The notes below the pieces were generated by a model. The model worked only from the letters and a program-made list of their open reading frames with translations, did no database searches and was not told where the DNA came from. Positions 1 through 13,594 of a DNA stretch of 64,000 bases are shown here, one piece after another. Positions within the stretch are counted from its first letter, which is position 1, and every line of letters starts with the position of its first letter. Made by a program: the position numbers and the translations under genes. Location: NCBI RefSeq assembly GCF_006345805.1, contig NC_042999.1:32426001-32490000 (forward strand). Direction: 5' to 3'. This DNA is from Octopus sinensis. Taxonomy: Eukaryota.

Positions 1-84
1 AGCTAAGAGGCAGCACACTGTGCGGCTTTGAGGCTTATATATATATATAATAATATCTATATATATATGTATATATATATAGAT

Positions 85-120
<36 letters not shown>

Positions 121-156
121 GTATGTATATATATATATATATGTATATATATGTGC

Positions 157-207
<51 letters not shown>

Positions 208-738
208 TCTATATATATGCATGTATGTATATATATATATATATATATATATACATTGCCGTTATTAATAAGGCAATAATAAGGTGACTAGCAAGTTCAT
301 ACCGTTAGAGGCACAATATAAGTCAAATTTAGATTCAGTAAGGTGTATATATCCTACCACTTCCTAAAATCAGAGCCGATGCTCCAAAAACCACAATAAA
401 CTCAGGATAAAGATACACACGAGGAATGCAATAAACATATGAGAATTAAGCTTACGTTCGCGTTGAACAAATCAGTAAGAAATATATATTTCAATATGAA
501 TTGATTTCACGCTTTGCATGACAAATATGCTCTGTGATCTTCAGTTGCAAATAGCATTTTAACATCTATTTCTAAAATATTCACTACATTAGCTCGTGTG
601 ACTTCCTTAATTTAAATGCCCTGCTCCGTTTAACGATTTGTATTATATATCCTACTGAATCTACATATATTATCTACATTATATATCTATATATTATGCA
701 TGCATGTATTATGTATATATATATATATAAATATATAA

Positions 739-781
739 TGGCGGTGCCGCAGCATGGCCACAGCTCGTGAGCTGAAGCTAG

Positions 782-826
<45 letters not shown>
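739..826 (+). mobile_element. Extreme 3' tail of a CR1/L2-group LINE (or partner SINE) with (ATCA)n tail
   Basis: GGCGGTGCCGCAGCATGGCC, then hairpin CAGCT-CGTG-AGCTG, then (ATCA)n. Matches the LINE 3' end at 14444-14493. Confidence 0.7.
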
Positions 827-829
<3 letters not shown>

Positions 830-840
830 TATATGTATAT

Positions 841-937
<97 letters not shown>

Positions 938-982
938 ATAATATATATATGTATGTATGTATGTATATATACATAATGTGAA

Positions 983-1315
983 GGCACGTGGCTCAGTGGT
1001 TAGAGCGTCGAGCTTACGATCGTGAGGTTGTGAGATCGAATCCCGGACCGGGTTGCGTGTTGTGTTCTTGAGCAAGACACTTTATTTCACGTTACTCCAG
1101 TTCACTCGGCTGTAGAAATGAGTTGCGACGTCACAGGTGCCAAGCTGTATCGGCCCTTGCCTTTCCCTTGGACAACGTCGGTGACGTAGAGAGGGGAGAC
1201 CGGTATGCATGGGCGACTGCTGGTCTCCCATAAAACTACCTTGCCCAGACTTGTGCCTCAGAGGGTAACTCTCTAGGTGCAAACCCATGGTCAGTGTCTG
1301 ACTGAAGGGGGTCAA
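983..1315 (+). mobile_element. tRNA-derived SINE, family A
   Basis: A box TGGCTCAGTGG, B-box-like GAGATCGAATCC, body TGTGTTCTTGAGCAAGACACTTTATTTCAC. Second copy at 24159-24452; flanked by (TA)n. Confidence 0.9.
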
Positions 1316-1339
1316 AACAAAATACATAAATATATATTT

Positions 1340-1382
<43 letters not shown>

Positions 1383-1393
1383 CACATGTATAT

Positions 1394-1445
<52 letters not shown>

Positions 1446-1458
1446 CATATATATATAT

Positions 1459-1498
<40 letters not shown>

Positions 1499-1941
1499 TT
1501 GAAATGGATAAATGAATTATCTTGTTAAGGATTTTTCAAAATTTAACCGAAACCTGGGCAGCAAAAATCACAACAGAAAAAACACGGTTGAAGTTACGAC
1601 CTTGGGGTGTCGCACGCACATACACATATACAGGCACGCACACACATACATGAAGGTAGGGTCCCACACCTATATAAGATAGCCTTAATTCTTAAAACAA
1701 TCCGAACATTAATTATACAGAATATATTCACACCCTTTTTGTTTTCAGTATTTCTCCCACTACAGGTCTGACCGCAGTCTGACCTTGATTTATTCCAACG
1801 GACTTTTTTCGTCGGCCTCCACCACCACCCCCCTGACGACAACGCACATTGAGAGACAGTTTTGTGCTTTCATGGACTCCTAAGGAGCGTTTTGTTCGAA
1901 TACCTTGCTGCGCATTTGTTTGGGATTTTTAAATTCCTGGT

Positions 1942-2025
1942 TTTTCCTGAAGAGAATGCTGCAAAATGGTCTCCTTATTCAATCCGAATTTGGAAATTTG
2001 CGGCCTTTGAAACATGTGTAGAAAA
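1942..2025 (+). ncRNA. Type I hammerhead ribozyme motif, intact core
   Basis: Stem I UUUUC/GAAAA; core CUGAAGA; long stem II (GCUGCAAA...UUUGCGGC); GAAA; near-palindromic stem III CAUGUG; GUA cleavage triplet at 2018-2020. Confidence 0.85.
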
Positions 2026-3209
2026 TAATAAAAGGAATTCTGTAGAATCTTCGTTCAGCTCCATTTCTTCCCTTCACTATATATATATATATATATATAT
2101 CTACATATATCCATCTGTATAATATGTGTATATGTATATGTTTGCGTTTATGTGTGCGTGTCTGTGTGTGTAAGTGTGTATTTGTGTTAATTCATTGCAT
2201 GTGTGTGTGTCTTCGGATTTAAACTGGTCTTAGAGTCTGTGTTCCCTTGGCTGATGCGTACATTTTCTGTTTTCTTGTTTTCTTGCATCATATTGATTTT
2301 TCTCTTAAAAAATAATGCTTTTCTCTTAAAGCACAAATCTAGTTTCCATCATGAACTATAATCCGATTCTTATTTCAAATGTTGAAGTTATTTGTAAGTG
2401 TAAAAATCTTTGGCCACATATCTGTTCATTCTATTGCACGGTCAATTTCAAGAGAAATTTTTATGCCTGTTGCTCACGAAGTTTTATGTTGCTGGCGAAA
2501 TAAGTATGTCGTAGGTTCTCAAATTGAACGTTATTTTCCAGATATACTGTAGATTATTTGGTATGCATGCGGTCAATATTTAAGAACATTTTTAAGAGAC
2601 CAAATTATTGGTTTCGGGAGAATGGAGAATGAATGGTGACATGAATGAAATATAATTGTAATAAAAATGCAATGAAATAAATTATTATAAGCTATAGAGA
2701 AACAATTAGATACTTAAATTAATGAATTAGGGAGAATAGAGGCAGGCTAACACTTGCAAATTCATTAATTAAGGCCTTGACGAGTATATTCCACCGGCAT
2801 ACTACCACGTTATTATTTGACTGTGTATACGCTTGAAGTACGCATTTAAAAATATCTGTCCCTTTTATTGTATTTGACCAATTTGCAGGCTTATTTAATG
2901 CATTCATTAATGTATATTGACACATAAAAACCAGTTTCTGCACACTTGCAGTGGATTCTGCTTCTCAGCAAGGCAATGGGGCTTTCCACTACACACATAC
3001 CAACATAGATGCATGCAGACATAAAACATATACATCTGTGTGCGCGTACGCAGTATATAAATTTGTACCTAAGACAGTACATGATGTATCTGTACGTAAC
3101 TATGCAGATATGTGTGTACCATACATGTATATATATGTATATATGCATCAATATATTTATATATGTGTGTATGTATATATGTATATATATGTATATATAT
3201 ATATATATG

Positions 3210-3307
<98 letters not shown>

Positions 3308-6114
3308 TATATATATATACCCACTTACGTATCTCTGAATGTTTGCATGTATTTATATATACATACGTTTAGATTTCCTTAAATTATAAAGAGCATTCTA
3401 TTTTCAATACACGTCTGTATCATTTTGCAACATAAACTAAATGCTTTCTGTCATTTCATTATATATTCATTAGGTGATCGACACATTTCTCTATATAATT
3501 CGATACACTTGACATTTATCTTCAAAGCAATATAATCCCTTTTTTATTACATTGTTATTCAATATGGATTTTATGCCATAAATTTGCTGCCATGCATTGA
3601 TTCTTTGATTTAAAATCAAGTCATAACGGCTTGCAGGTTGTTCAACTTATTGAAAGTTATACTAAATTGATCTTTTGAAAAATGTACATTATGATACAAC
3701 AGTTGTCTTTTATTGTTTTCTTCAAATGCTGTATTGCATAAAGAGGTTTCATAATGTCGTTAGTGTGGAACAGAAGTGGTAGTAAATTACAAGTGAATGT
3801 ACAAGTGAAATATTTTAGTGAATATGATTTTATTTTCACATAGATTTCTCCAGCACATATCCAGCGTTGCACTCGAGTTACATGTCAACATTTTATACTG
3901 CAAATGTATCTCACATATTTATTTAATACACGGCGTTTAAACATAGGTTCCTAGCAACTATAGCAGTAGCTATTCTACATGTAGTTGATATATAAACTGT
4001 CGTAAAGTTGGGAGTTGTTTCTTAAACGGAGATATATACAACATTTACAAATATTTACATTTTACATATTTACTCTAGTATATAGATTCATATTGTAAAT
4101 TAGACATGTTTCGTGTTTAATTTGCATTATGCTACAATATAAATAACGAAAAATACTAGCGAATATCATAATTTCTTCTTTAAGTTAACTACCACTTGAA
4201 CAAGTATTGCTCTGACAATGATACATTCAAATAATACTATAAATATCATATATATACTATTTTATATTCTATATATAATCTATTGAAATAGGTTATGCAA
4301 TATTCGTAATTTTTCTAGATAATATAATAGTGTTGCATCTAGCCTCATCACATACTTTTCTCACATAATAGTTTTGGAGTTTTCATAATAGGTTTTCTAT
4401 TTATATAATGAATAATTGTTTCTAGGTTTTGCTAACCATTGCATCTCTTTTATGTTCTTGTCTACATACTGATCTAGAAATCAATGGTGATTTGTAAAAT
4501 TTAACATTCATAAAAATAGAAATAATTTCGAAATAGATTTAAATATTTAAAAAGGTTTATTAATACGTTTAGACGTAATATTTAGAAACTTCATCCTCTA
4601 CTCACTACCGAAATAGAATATTATAGCAACCGATTCCGATTGTGATTACAAATCTATTAATGTTAAAAGTATCATATTTCTTATTTTAATTCACATTCTG
4701 CAAAAATAGCATTGTTTACGAACTATATATTTTCTCATTTTTCCCTTTCCGATCCTTTCATAATATCAGAATACAGCGCAGATCATTCTCTAAGTTCAAC
4801 CGAACCTTTAGTCGACTCATAAATTTATGAGCACCGTCGTATGTCAACGCATATTTTATCCTTTAGAGCGGTCATTAACACTATCCTTGTTCTTTGTGCA
4901 ATGACGAACTTCCCAATAATGTATAATTCACTTAATAGGGATAGTCCGAAATGTGACGAACCCAAGCAACTTCTGGTTTTGAATGTAGGGTTTTTCTATT
5001 GAAATTTCTTCTCCTAAATTTTTAGAGCCTATCCGATCTAAATGTTCAACCATCATGGTTTTAAGTGTCACACTCCGTTCACCGTAAATGACTAAAAAAT
5101 GCAATATATTAATGGTTGAATTTTATGACGAAGTGATTAAAATCTTCCCATGCTTGTAGCGCAAATTCATGTTTCTTGAACAAGATCTCAGATTAAGATA
5201 TAAATGTGATTATATCAGTTGTTGGAACATTCTTTTGCAATATAATGTTTAATCCCAGTTAATATTTTGTGAAGTAATCAGAAAATAAATCACATTTATG
5301 GCAGAATTTTGTGTTTGAATTTTTTCACCGTTAAAGTTATTGCCAAATTGCGTTTAGTGAAGGTATTAATATTATTATAAGTCAATGCATTAAACACTTC
5401 TATTCAATAATATAATGTCATAATTGATAGAAGAGTCCTTTAATATTACCCAACGTAATTGAAAGGAAAAGAAAAGTGCAAGATATTCAATGAAATCATT
5501 TCAATATTTGTTGTTTCATTTTCCTCTCAAACTATTTCTCGTTAAACTTGTAATCAACCATGTGGACAATAACGTCCCTGTGTTTAATTCCATGGGTAAA
5601 TATTTTTTTTAATATTTCAAAGTTTTGCCAGGAATTTATTCCTTGATGTAAGATCTTCAATATCTAAGATTAATGCTAGATAGATATAATATTTAAAACG
5701 TTCATACACAATTGAAAAGTGACATTTTTTGTGTTTTATTTTAGCATTAACAACCAAGATGTAACTGTTTTATGAGGTGAATTTTCTAAGAATAGCGTTA
5801 TATACAAAATAAACGCAAAATGTCCATAAAACATATAAATATCCTCATTCTTTTTCAATAATCACTGAGCTGCTTCAGGTCGTTTAAGTTGTAAAGATTA
5901 CAGATTTGTAACTTATAGAAACACAAGCATTGTTCACTACATTTTAAATAATAGAGTAATACATTTCAAAAAATTATCACTTTCGTCCAAATTCGACGTC
6001 ATATCATGACATAAAAATTTGACATAATATCGTCGGGTTCATTGATCCCAAATGATTTAATATCGTACTTTATAGATATTCCTCTTTGTTATTTTCCTAT
6101 TTTACTAGTTTCAG

Positions 6115-6342
6115 TTAGAGGGTTGGTAACACATGCGAACCAATTTCTAGTGGTTTCGGGTCTATTTTCGGTACTGTTGTTGGTGAAGAAGCGATTTTGT
6201 CGAAGGAGCTCTTCGTTGTGCCTGGTATATAAGATAAAATTGGTTTAAAAATCCTGGGAAAGATATGAAGAAGGCACTCAGTATAGAGGAATAATATTAA
6301 ATTTCCTGCCGGTAGATACCAGCAAACGTATGTAGAATACAA
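6115..6342 (-). pseudogene. Probable Penelope-like reverse transcriptase remnant
   Basis: IFKPILSYIPGTTKSSFDKIASSPTTVP resembles the PLE RT segment (LKP...IPS.IKD..DF...LP..VP) preceding motif A. Recalled similarity only. Confidence 0.4.
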
Positions 6343-6398
6343 AGCATAGGTAAATCTTTATGAATGACATGCAAATCCAAGGATATCCAACTATGTAA

Positions 6399-6449
<51 letters not shown>

Positions 6450-6544
6450 CACATACATACGTAGACACAGACACAGACACACGCACGCACACACACACAC
6501 ACACACGCACACACACACACACATATATATATCTATATATATAC

Positions 6545-6605
<61 letters not shown>

Positions 6606-6934
6606 CAACACAAATCATATATAATCTATAAGAATGTCAAATAATATGGGCCCACTTACGTAATAATATCTGCAACTTAAAATGTTATTTCTTTCATCCC
6701 ATACATCCTATTCTCTCCTGCATCATTTCTATCCATCTTTCATTCACTTTCTATTTGTTTATACCTCCATTACTCCTTTAATTCTCCTTCTATCATCTTG
6801 CTCTTCTTTTATCGTCCTTTCACGTCAATTTTTAACGGTTCCCTATCCCTCTTTGTTTTTCATATTTATTATATATTATATATTATAGTATCTGATACCT
6901 ATAAAATTACTTATTGATGAGCACCGTTGTTTAT

Positions 6935-7030
6935 AATCTCCTCCCTGATGAGGTTGATGTATTTTTCCACATTATACTTCCTCTCAGATATATTTTAGTG
7001 TATTAGTTGAAGCATATGTCGGTGAAATTG
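6935..7030 (+). ncRNA. Degenerate type I hammerhead motif in a PLE-like 3' UTR
   Basis: CC-CUGAUGA; stem II GGUUGAUGUA...UGUAUUAGUU (pairs with wobbles); GAAG instead of GAAA; palindrome CAUAUG; UC; GG. Confidence 0.7.
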
Positions 7031-8566
7031 TGGTATAAATGATTTAAATAACAACATGTGCGTTTGTGTCCATTTTCCATTATTCTTATGTTCTCTAAAA
7101 CACGTCTCACTTCTCCTCGGAATTATCACTCATTACGTATTTCTTAGGTTCTTATGTGACATTTGGTTACCCTATAACTGTTCCTCTGGATCTTGCCTTG
7201 TAAATTGAACATTTATATGCGTGTTTGTGTGCGTGTGTTTATGTGTGTGCCCTTATGCTTATGTAACACCGTGGAGGTACATATATAGTCACTTCAAGGG
7301 GAGATTACTTTCTTTACTATTTCCTTCTTAAAATGAAAGTAGTGAGGATCTGATTTAATGAATCTTTCTCTGTTTTGGGAACTTAAATTTGAACATTATT
7401 TATGACACAGAATGAGGACATCTAGATATAATTAGTCCAAATTTAAACAGTTGAGATTGATGTGGACAATCTGCCATTTTCCAATGAGAAAAACGCTTCT
7501 CACATTCTTAAAAAAAAGGAAATAGAAAACTCTTCTAAACTGAACTAAACACAAATATTCATATTTCATTAACTTCTGACATTGTATGACATTTTTATTT
7601 GATGGAGGACATTTCTAATGGTTTCTGCTTAACAACTATATATAAGGGGGAGAGAGGGAGAGCGGGAGAGAGAGGGAGAGAGCGAGAGAGGGAAGGATAG
7701 AGGTAGAGAGAGAGAGATAGTTTATGTCTTTGAAAAAGAGGAAAATATATAGATAAAAATTTATGTATATGATCTTGTTGCGTCACCTTTATCAGTTCAT
7801 TTGTATGAATTTAGAAAGAGATGCATAGCTCATCGACGAGTGGTTCTATTGGAAAGCATCGTATAAATAACCTTGAGGAACGTTTTATTGCACTTATCCC
7901 GTGTTAGCTTCAATAGCTGTACGTCAGAAACATGACATGCCCTAATTAGATTACTGTTATCAATTTTGAACATTACTGATTATGGCGGACTTTTGAGATT
8001 ATATGGTGCTATGGCGCTCTTGATTCAGCGCTTTTGTCTGCACCAAATACGTAATAGTTGGCATCAATAGGAAGTTTAGAAAATATTTAATCTTAACTGC
8101 TACTGTAGTCTTTCTTGGAGTGTTTCGAAAAAGAAACAGTTTGATACGCTATTTGTAAAAGTTTGATGAATATTTTATTTTAGGAAATATGGCAATTTGA
8201 ATGGTTTTGATCAGTGGGTTGTATCCATGAATTAGCAGTTGGCTATTTTTTCAAGGTTTTGAAACTGAAACTTTTTTGTCAATTCTTATATAAAACCGAT
8301 TTTCTTGCATCTGGAAAAAGTAGTAAATTTCAGACCTAGGAAAATTCAAAACTGCAAGCCCTAGACATTTGGTTTTGGTGCATTTGTAGTAGGTATACAA
8401 CTACACAAGTCTTAAGATTTCGGGAGAGGATACTATTTCAATAAAATTTTAATGGACTATGAAAATGACTACAAATATCTAAATGGCGGAGTTTTGGATC
8501 AACAATCCCTTTGAAATGCTGAGGAGACTTTTTTGGAAAACTTCTATCATTAAGAGTTAAAATTAC

Positions 8567-8585
8567 CAGCAGCAGCAGCAGTAGC

Positions 8586-8617
<32 letters not shown>

Positions 8618-8650
8618 AAGTAGTAGTAGTAGTAGTAGTAGCAGTAGTAG
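8567..8650. repeat. (CAG)n(TAG)n microsatellite
   Basis: Direct reading. Confidence 0.95.
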
Positions 8651-9205
8651 ATTTAGGATTAGAATTAAATTGACATTAAAATACGAATAAATATCTGACG
8701 ATAATTGAAATTCTTACCCACTTCGACCTGCGAATAAAATTAGTGCTGTCTCTTATATAAGACTGAGGCAATTAATTACACAAGTATCGTCCATTTGTTC
8801 GATGAACAAGTTTATCTTCAGCCATCTGCAATGCTGTGTTTGCTATGCGTTCTGTGGCGCACAAGTTTTGCTACCGATCTGTGGAACGGTTGCTTGTTAG
8901 GGATTGACAAATTCTCGTCCGAAAATTTGGCATCAATGTAATCTCAAATTTCATTCGTTGCTTCCCAGCACAGCGTTGAAGACTCTCGTTATCCGTTATT
9001 ATTCTCCTGAGATGAATGAAATTATATTTATTCACGAATTCGATTACTTTGTCTTTTCCATTTTTTTTTTCTTTTAGTGAAATAGTTCTTCACATTTGCA
9101 TATAGTTATTTCAATCTTACATAGATCCCTTCAGTATAGCATACATAGATTGCATTAAGCATTACACGGCAATCAATTATACTTGTCTTTACACTTTCTC
9201 TCTCC

Positions 9206-9238
<33 letters not shown>

Positions 9239-9793
9239 AAACATACACACACATGCTTTCTCACTTGACACAAACTCACACACATGCATATAGTCACAAA
9301 TACAGACACACACATATGTGAACATGTCATGGAATACGTTCTTTGATTATAAAACTGAACAAAAATAACTAGATAGTTTTCCGGACATATTAGTTAAGAC
9401 AAGCGTTAAATTTTCTCTGCAGTATTGATGGGATAGCTATAAACACCATAGCCGTAACTTTAGAGTATACATTTCAGAAATCAAACGAGGAACATCTCCT
9501 CAGTACACTTGACATGAAGGAAAGTAGATCGGCTTCCCCGCGAAAGTTACAATAACACGATGTATTTCTCGGCATACTAATTCTGCATCAGCTTTCTTTT
9601 TTATGTAATTTATTGGGAAACGCTTATGCTGTGCCATTATATTTATATGTTTACTTAAACGAATCATCCATAGTACATAATTTTTTTAAGGTTCCAGTTC
9701 TATATTTAGCAGATGAGGAATTATGTACGTTATTTAAATTACTTACATTATTTACATTCAACGGATATTTTTCCTCATCTTGTTTATTGTTAA

Positions 9794-9835
9794 CACAACG
9801 TTTCGGCTGATATACCTTCCAGCCTTCTTGAGGCA
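9794..9835 (-). ncRNA. Minimal hammerhead motif with mutated core
   Basis: UGC-CUCAAGA(A)-GGCUG...CAGCC-GAAA-CG-UU-GUG. Core reads CUCAAGA instead of CUGANGA. Confidence 0.7.
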
Positions 9836-9909
9836 TTTTGGGGAAATTTCGATCCTGGTTTCTCATTCCTAGGGTATTTTTCGTTGTTGTTGTTATTATT
9901 ATTATTATT

Positions 9910-10380
9910 GAGTGAGAGAGTATTTCATACCATCAAAGTGACACTGGGGTAAAATATACGAACCCCAATATACCCATCATGACTACCCGTCTGATAAGGG
10001 TACACCAGGCACATGCATCACAAACATATGTGCGCGACATGGTGATCTCATAAAAAGATAAACAGCACATGACCTTTCAGGTGGGGCCCAGTTAGAATTT
10101 TCTTCTGGTTGAGTAGCCCATCCCGCTCAAAAGGTCCCTGAATAAGGGTTGTTTAAGGATGTTGAAAGAACCACCCATGTTTCCAGAGGTGAATTATTCA
10201 AACCCCAAAGAATCCCTCTCAACACATGGCTATGATGCTCCCCCACTACTTCTGCTTGTGATCAGAGATGCACATATAGTCAGCCACTAAGGGACATGCT
10301 CAACTGGTTAAAGTCAAACAACTGACAAGCAAATATGTGGTATTGAGCAGAATATTTGCTGTAGCCCATCTTTTATACCA
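9910..10380 (-). mobile_element. Retroposon fragment (~470 bp) ending in an (AAT)n tail, nested in the (AAT)n tract of the HHR-SINE
   Basis: GC-richer block bounded on both sides by (ATT)n; splits the host element's microsatellite. Confidence 0.6.
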
Positions 10381-10429
10381 TATTATTATTATTATTATTA
10401 TTATTATTATCATTTTTATTGTTGTTGTT

Positions 10430-10491
10430 CAAGTCACTTCTTGGAATCGAACTCGGAATCTTGGGGTTAGTAGCCCGCGCTCTTAACCACT
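10430..10491 (-). promoter_or_regulatory. 5'-truncated tRNA-like head (Pol III internal promoter)
   Basis: AGTGGTTAAGAGCGC (3' half of A box), anticodon-like arm GGG-CTACTAA-CCC, B box GAGTTCGATTC. Confidence 0.8.
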
Positions 10492-10833
10492 GTGTTAACA
10501 TACAAGATGACAAATATCCGTCGAATGTAAATATATTGTTTTTTAATATTGTTTTTTTAAGTGTGTTACTCATTTTATCGCTTCCTTCTACTAAACGGGG
10601 AAGTTGTTAAGTGGTGGTGGCGGTGGTGGTAGCGAACTGTGACCTCACACGCACGCATCCACAAAAACGCGTACACACGCACCCCCACACACAAACACAC
10701 ACTAGTATATATATGTGCATATATATAAATGTGTGTGTGTGTCAGTGTGTGTGTGCGTGTGTACGTCAAGCCTCCTTCGTTTTCGTCAATGAAATCGAAG
10801 ATATTCGTTGACTTCGACCTAAATATTATAAAT

Positions 10834-12055
10834 TTTTAGTTTGCCTCACATGAAATGTATTTTAAATGGGTGTCTGGAGTCATCTATAAATGGATATGTT
10901 TAAGGAGTTTCTATGTACATGCTTGTGTTCAATCTCAACTGTTTTTCATTCTAGACATTATTATTATTCAAAATTGCTACCCTCAGTTGTTATGAAAATG
11001 TTGACAGCTGAACAGTACCGAGTGGTTTTTTTGTATGAATACAACTTTAATCACTCTGTCACCTAAGTTCTACAAAACATCAAGCATGCTTTTAATAACG
11101 ATTCTGTTGACATTAGAACTGTCAAACATGGTTCCAAAGATTTAGTTCAGAAAATGAAGCCTTAAAAATGAACCAAGAGGGAGACCAATCTCAGTTATTC
11201 GGCATGATGAATTGAATGCTTTGGTTAAACGAAATCCGATATCAAGAAACAGAAAAATTGGATCAGAGCTCCAGACATCTCCCCCTACTGCTTCTCGGCA
11301 CTTGAAGAAGATTGGAAAAGTCTAAAAATAGATAGGTTTCTTCCCCATAAACTTAATGAGATTCAAAGAAACAGATGCCTTACAGTGTGGTCCATATTGG
11401 TTTCTCAGTTGGAAAGAGAGCCATTTTTGTAGCAACTCATTGATAACATCAGAACTGTAGTTAGATGCAAGAGGATTACTACCCAAAACCACCATTGCAC
11501 CCTAAAAAATTGACGGTCACTGCATAGTAGTCAGGAAAGAGAGTTATTCATTATTGAGTTTTGCAACAAGGAAAAACCGTAGCAGCAAAATCATATTGCC
11601 AGGAAATTGATTGTATGCGTGGAAAATTAAAAAAGAAGCAGCCCACATTAGTGAATAGATATGGCCCAATTTTGCCCCATGATAATCCAGGGCCTCACAT
11701 TTCTGTAGCTACGGTTCACAAGTTGCAAACCTCAATTATGAGATTTTGGGACCTTCTCCTTATTCTCCTGACATATCTCCTACTGTTTCTCACATAAATG
11801 AACACTTCAATCTTGTTATACGCAATAAGACATTCTTAAATAAAGAAGAGTTAATTGAAGCAGTCGAACAGTTATTCAGTGGAAATGATGACAAACACTT
11901 TGAAGATCAATTGTATGCCTTAGAGGAATGTGGAATGAAGTTCATAAATGAAAGAGGATCATATTTTGATTAAATAAATAAATAATCCAAAACTTAGAAT
12001 GCAATTTTAATGTTTCCCTTTTCAAATGTGACATTTCATGTGAAAGAACCTAATA
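10834..12055 (+). mobile_element. Full-length decayed mariner DNA transposon; transposase pseudogene ~10992-11973
   Basis: Imperfect TIRs (TTAGTTTGCCTCACATGAAATGT / ACATTTCATGTGAAAGAACCTAATA). Motifs HDNPGPH, PYSPDISP and C-terminal GSYFD. Stops and frameshifts; ~1.2 kb. Confidence 0.92.
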
Positions 12056-12163
12056 TTATTTTCTTTTACAACTTACAATTATGTATGATACCAATTTATC
12101 TTTTGTCCTATATATCACAATGCCTATAGTTATAGTTTTATATGCGTAAATTATATTTCTATC

Positions 12164-12385
12164 TACGAGGGAGCGCTGAATATTTCGTGGCTTTGAGGTT
12201 AACTCGAAACGGCTTCTTTGAGTCCCAACCGCCCAAGTTCTTTTACAGAGCTTGGAAAACCTGATAAAAGGCTGCAATATGTGTGTGAATCTGAGATGGG
12301 GATATGATGAATAAAATCATAATTAATTGATCGTTCTGTATTGCTTTTTTACTGAAGGCCAGGAACCTTTCAACACCCCTTCATA
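12164..12385 (+). mobile_element. Mariner-derived MITE / internal-deletion derivative
   Basis: TACGAGGGAGCGCTGAA...TTCAACACCCCTTCATA imperfect TIRs with TA ends; keeps a transposase C-terminus-like CVNLRWGYDE*. Confidence 0.75.
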
Positions 12386-13451
12386 TCACTTATATTTTGG
12401 TTTCAAATTTGTAACAATGAATGGGCAATCCAAAATCCTTACTGATTCCTCTTTACGGTAGATTTTGTACTGCTTATTTTCCAGAGATGAATAATTTATA
12501 TGCATCAGTTAGCATGCTCCAAAACCATATATCAGTTGAGCTTATTCACATTTTATATTATCCATTCTTTTTTCTTTAATATTGAATAAAGTAAATTTTC
12601 CACAACCATGCAGTCCTTCTCCGGGTTTCCCATTTTTATAATTTTTTTCCTAGCATCTGTACTTTGAACAGTTCTTCCTCAATATATCAGCATTCACGCT
12701 CATAATGTATCAATGCATATATATTCTGTTAAAATGGCAAGTGGAACGTATATCAAGCATAATGTTCGAAGGAAAATTATATCAGACACAAGAAATTTAC
12801 ATACATCGTAACTTATTTATTTTCCTCATCACAGTTGATAATAATATATTATGCACTTCTATCGAATGAAACATTCAAAATCATTTGGAATATTTAAATA
12901 TCTTCAGGCCAATGAATACATTTCGATATCAAAATTGAATTCATCATGCTTCAAAAAATCTGTACGACCATTTTCAATATAAATGCAGATAACATCCGTT
13001 TGAAATTTTGGTAAAAGAAAAAGAATTTCTGAGAGAAACTAGTTTCAATATCATATTTGAAGTGATTTAACCAGAGCTACGTTCATAATTGTAATATATG
13101 TGATTTTCTTTTTAATTTTTCATTTGTGTTGTTTGAATAACGACTTACTGTATATCCCCCACCCCGCAAAAAATATAATAAAACCAGCTGAAATATTATT
13201 TAAATCTCTGTATCAAAGCTACCCCACTTTTATCAGTCGACAAGCTTGGAAAATGATAGACATCTATTCAGTAATTGCCATTTGGTGTTGTCATTCAACA
13301 ATATTTTATGATATTTTAATATTCATTGAAAGCAAGTAACATATGATGCCTCAGTGTATATCATAGAAATAAATAGGTTAAATATATCTAGATAGAATAT
13401 ATCTGGAAGCCATTAGCAAAATTGTAAAATCAAAAAACGTGAATGCGCGAG

Positions 13452-13510
<59 letters not shown>

Positions 13511-13594
13511 ATATATACATATATATATGTATGTATACATAAATACATATGTATATATATCTAATATAGGATAAAACTTTCGAAAAATTTTATC

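Larger units (their letters stand above)
9740..10533 (-). mobile_element. tRNA-headed, hammerhead-containing SINE with inverted 5' duplication of its own tail, interrupted by a second retroposon
   Basis: Minus strand order: tRNA-like head (10491-10430), (AAC/AAT)n, body, HHR (9835-9794), tail. 10491-10533 on plus is an inverted copy of the tail at ~9747-9797. Confidence 0.75.

Noticed and set aside
10430-10491. Functional tRNA gene (ACT anticodon); likewise other SINE heads
   Set aside because: 5'-truncated with no acceptor stem; embedded in interspersed repeats.
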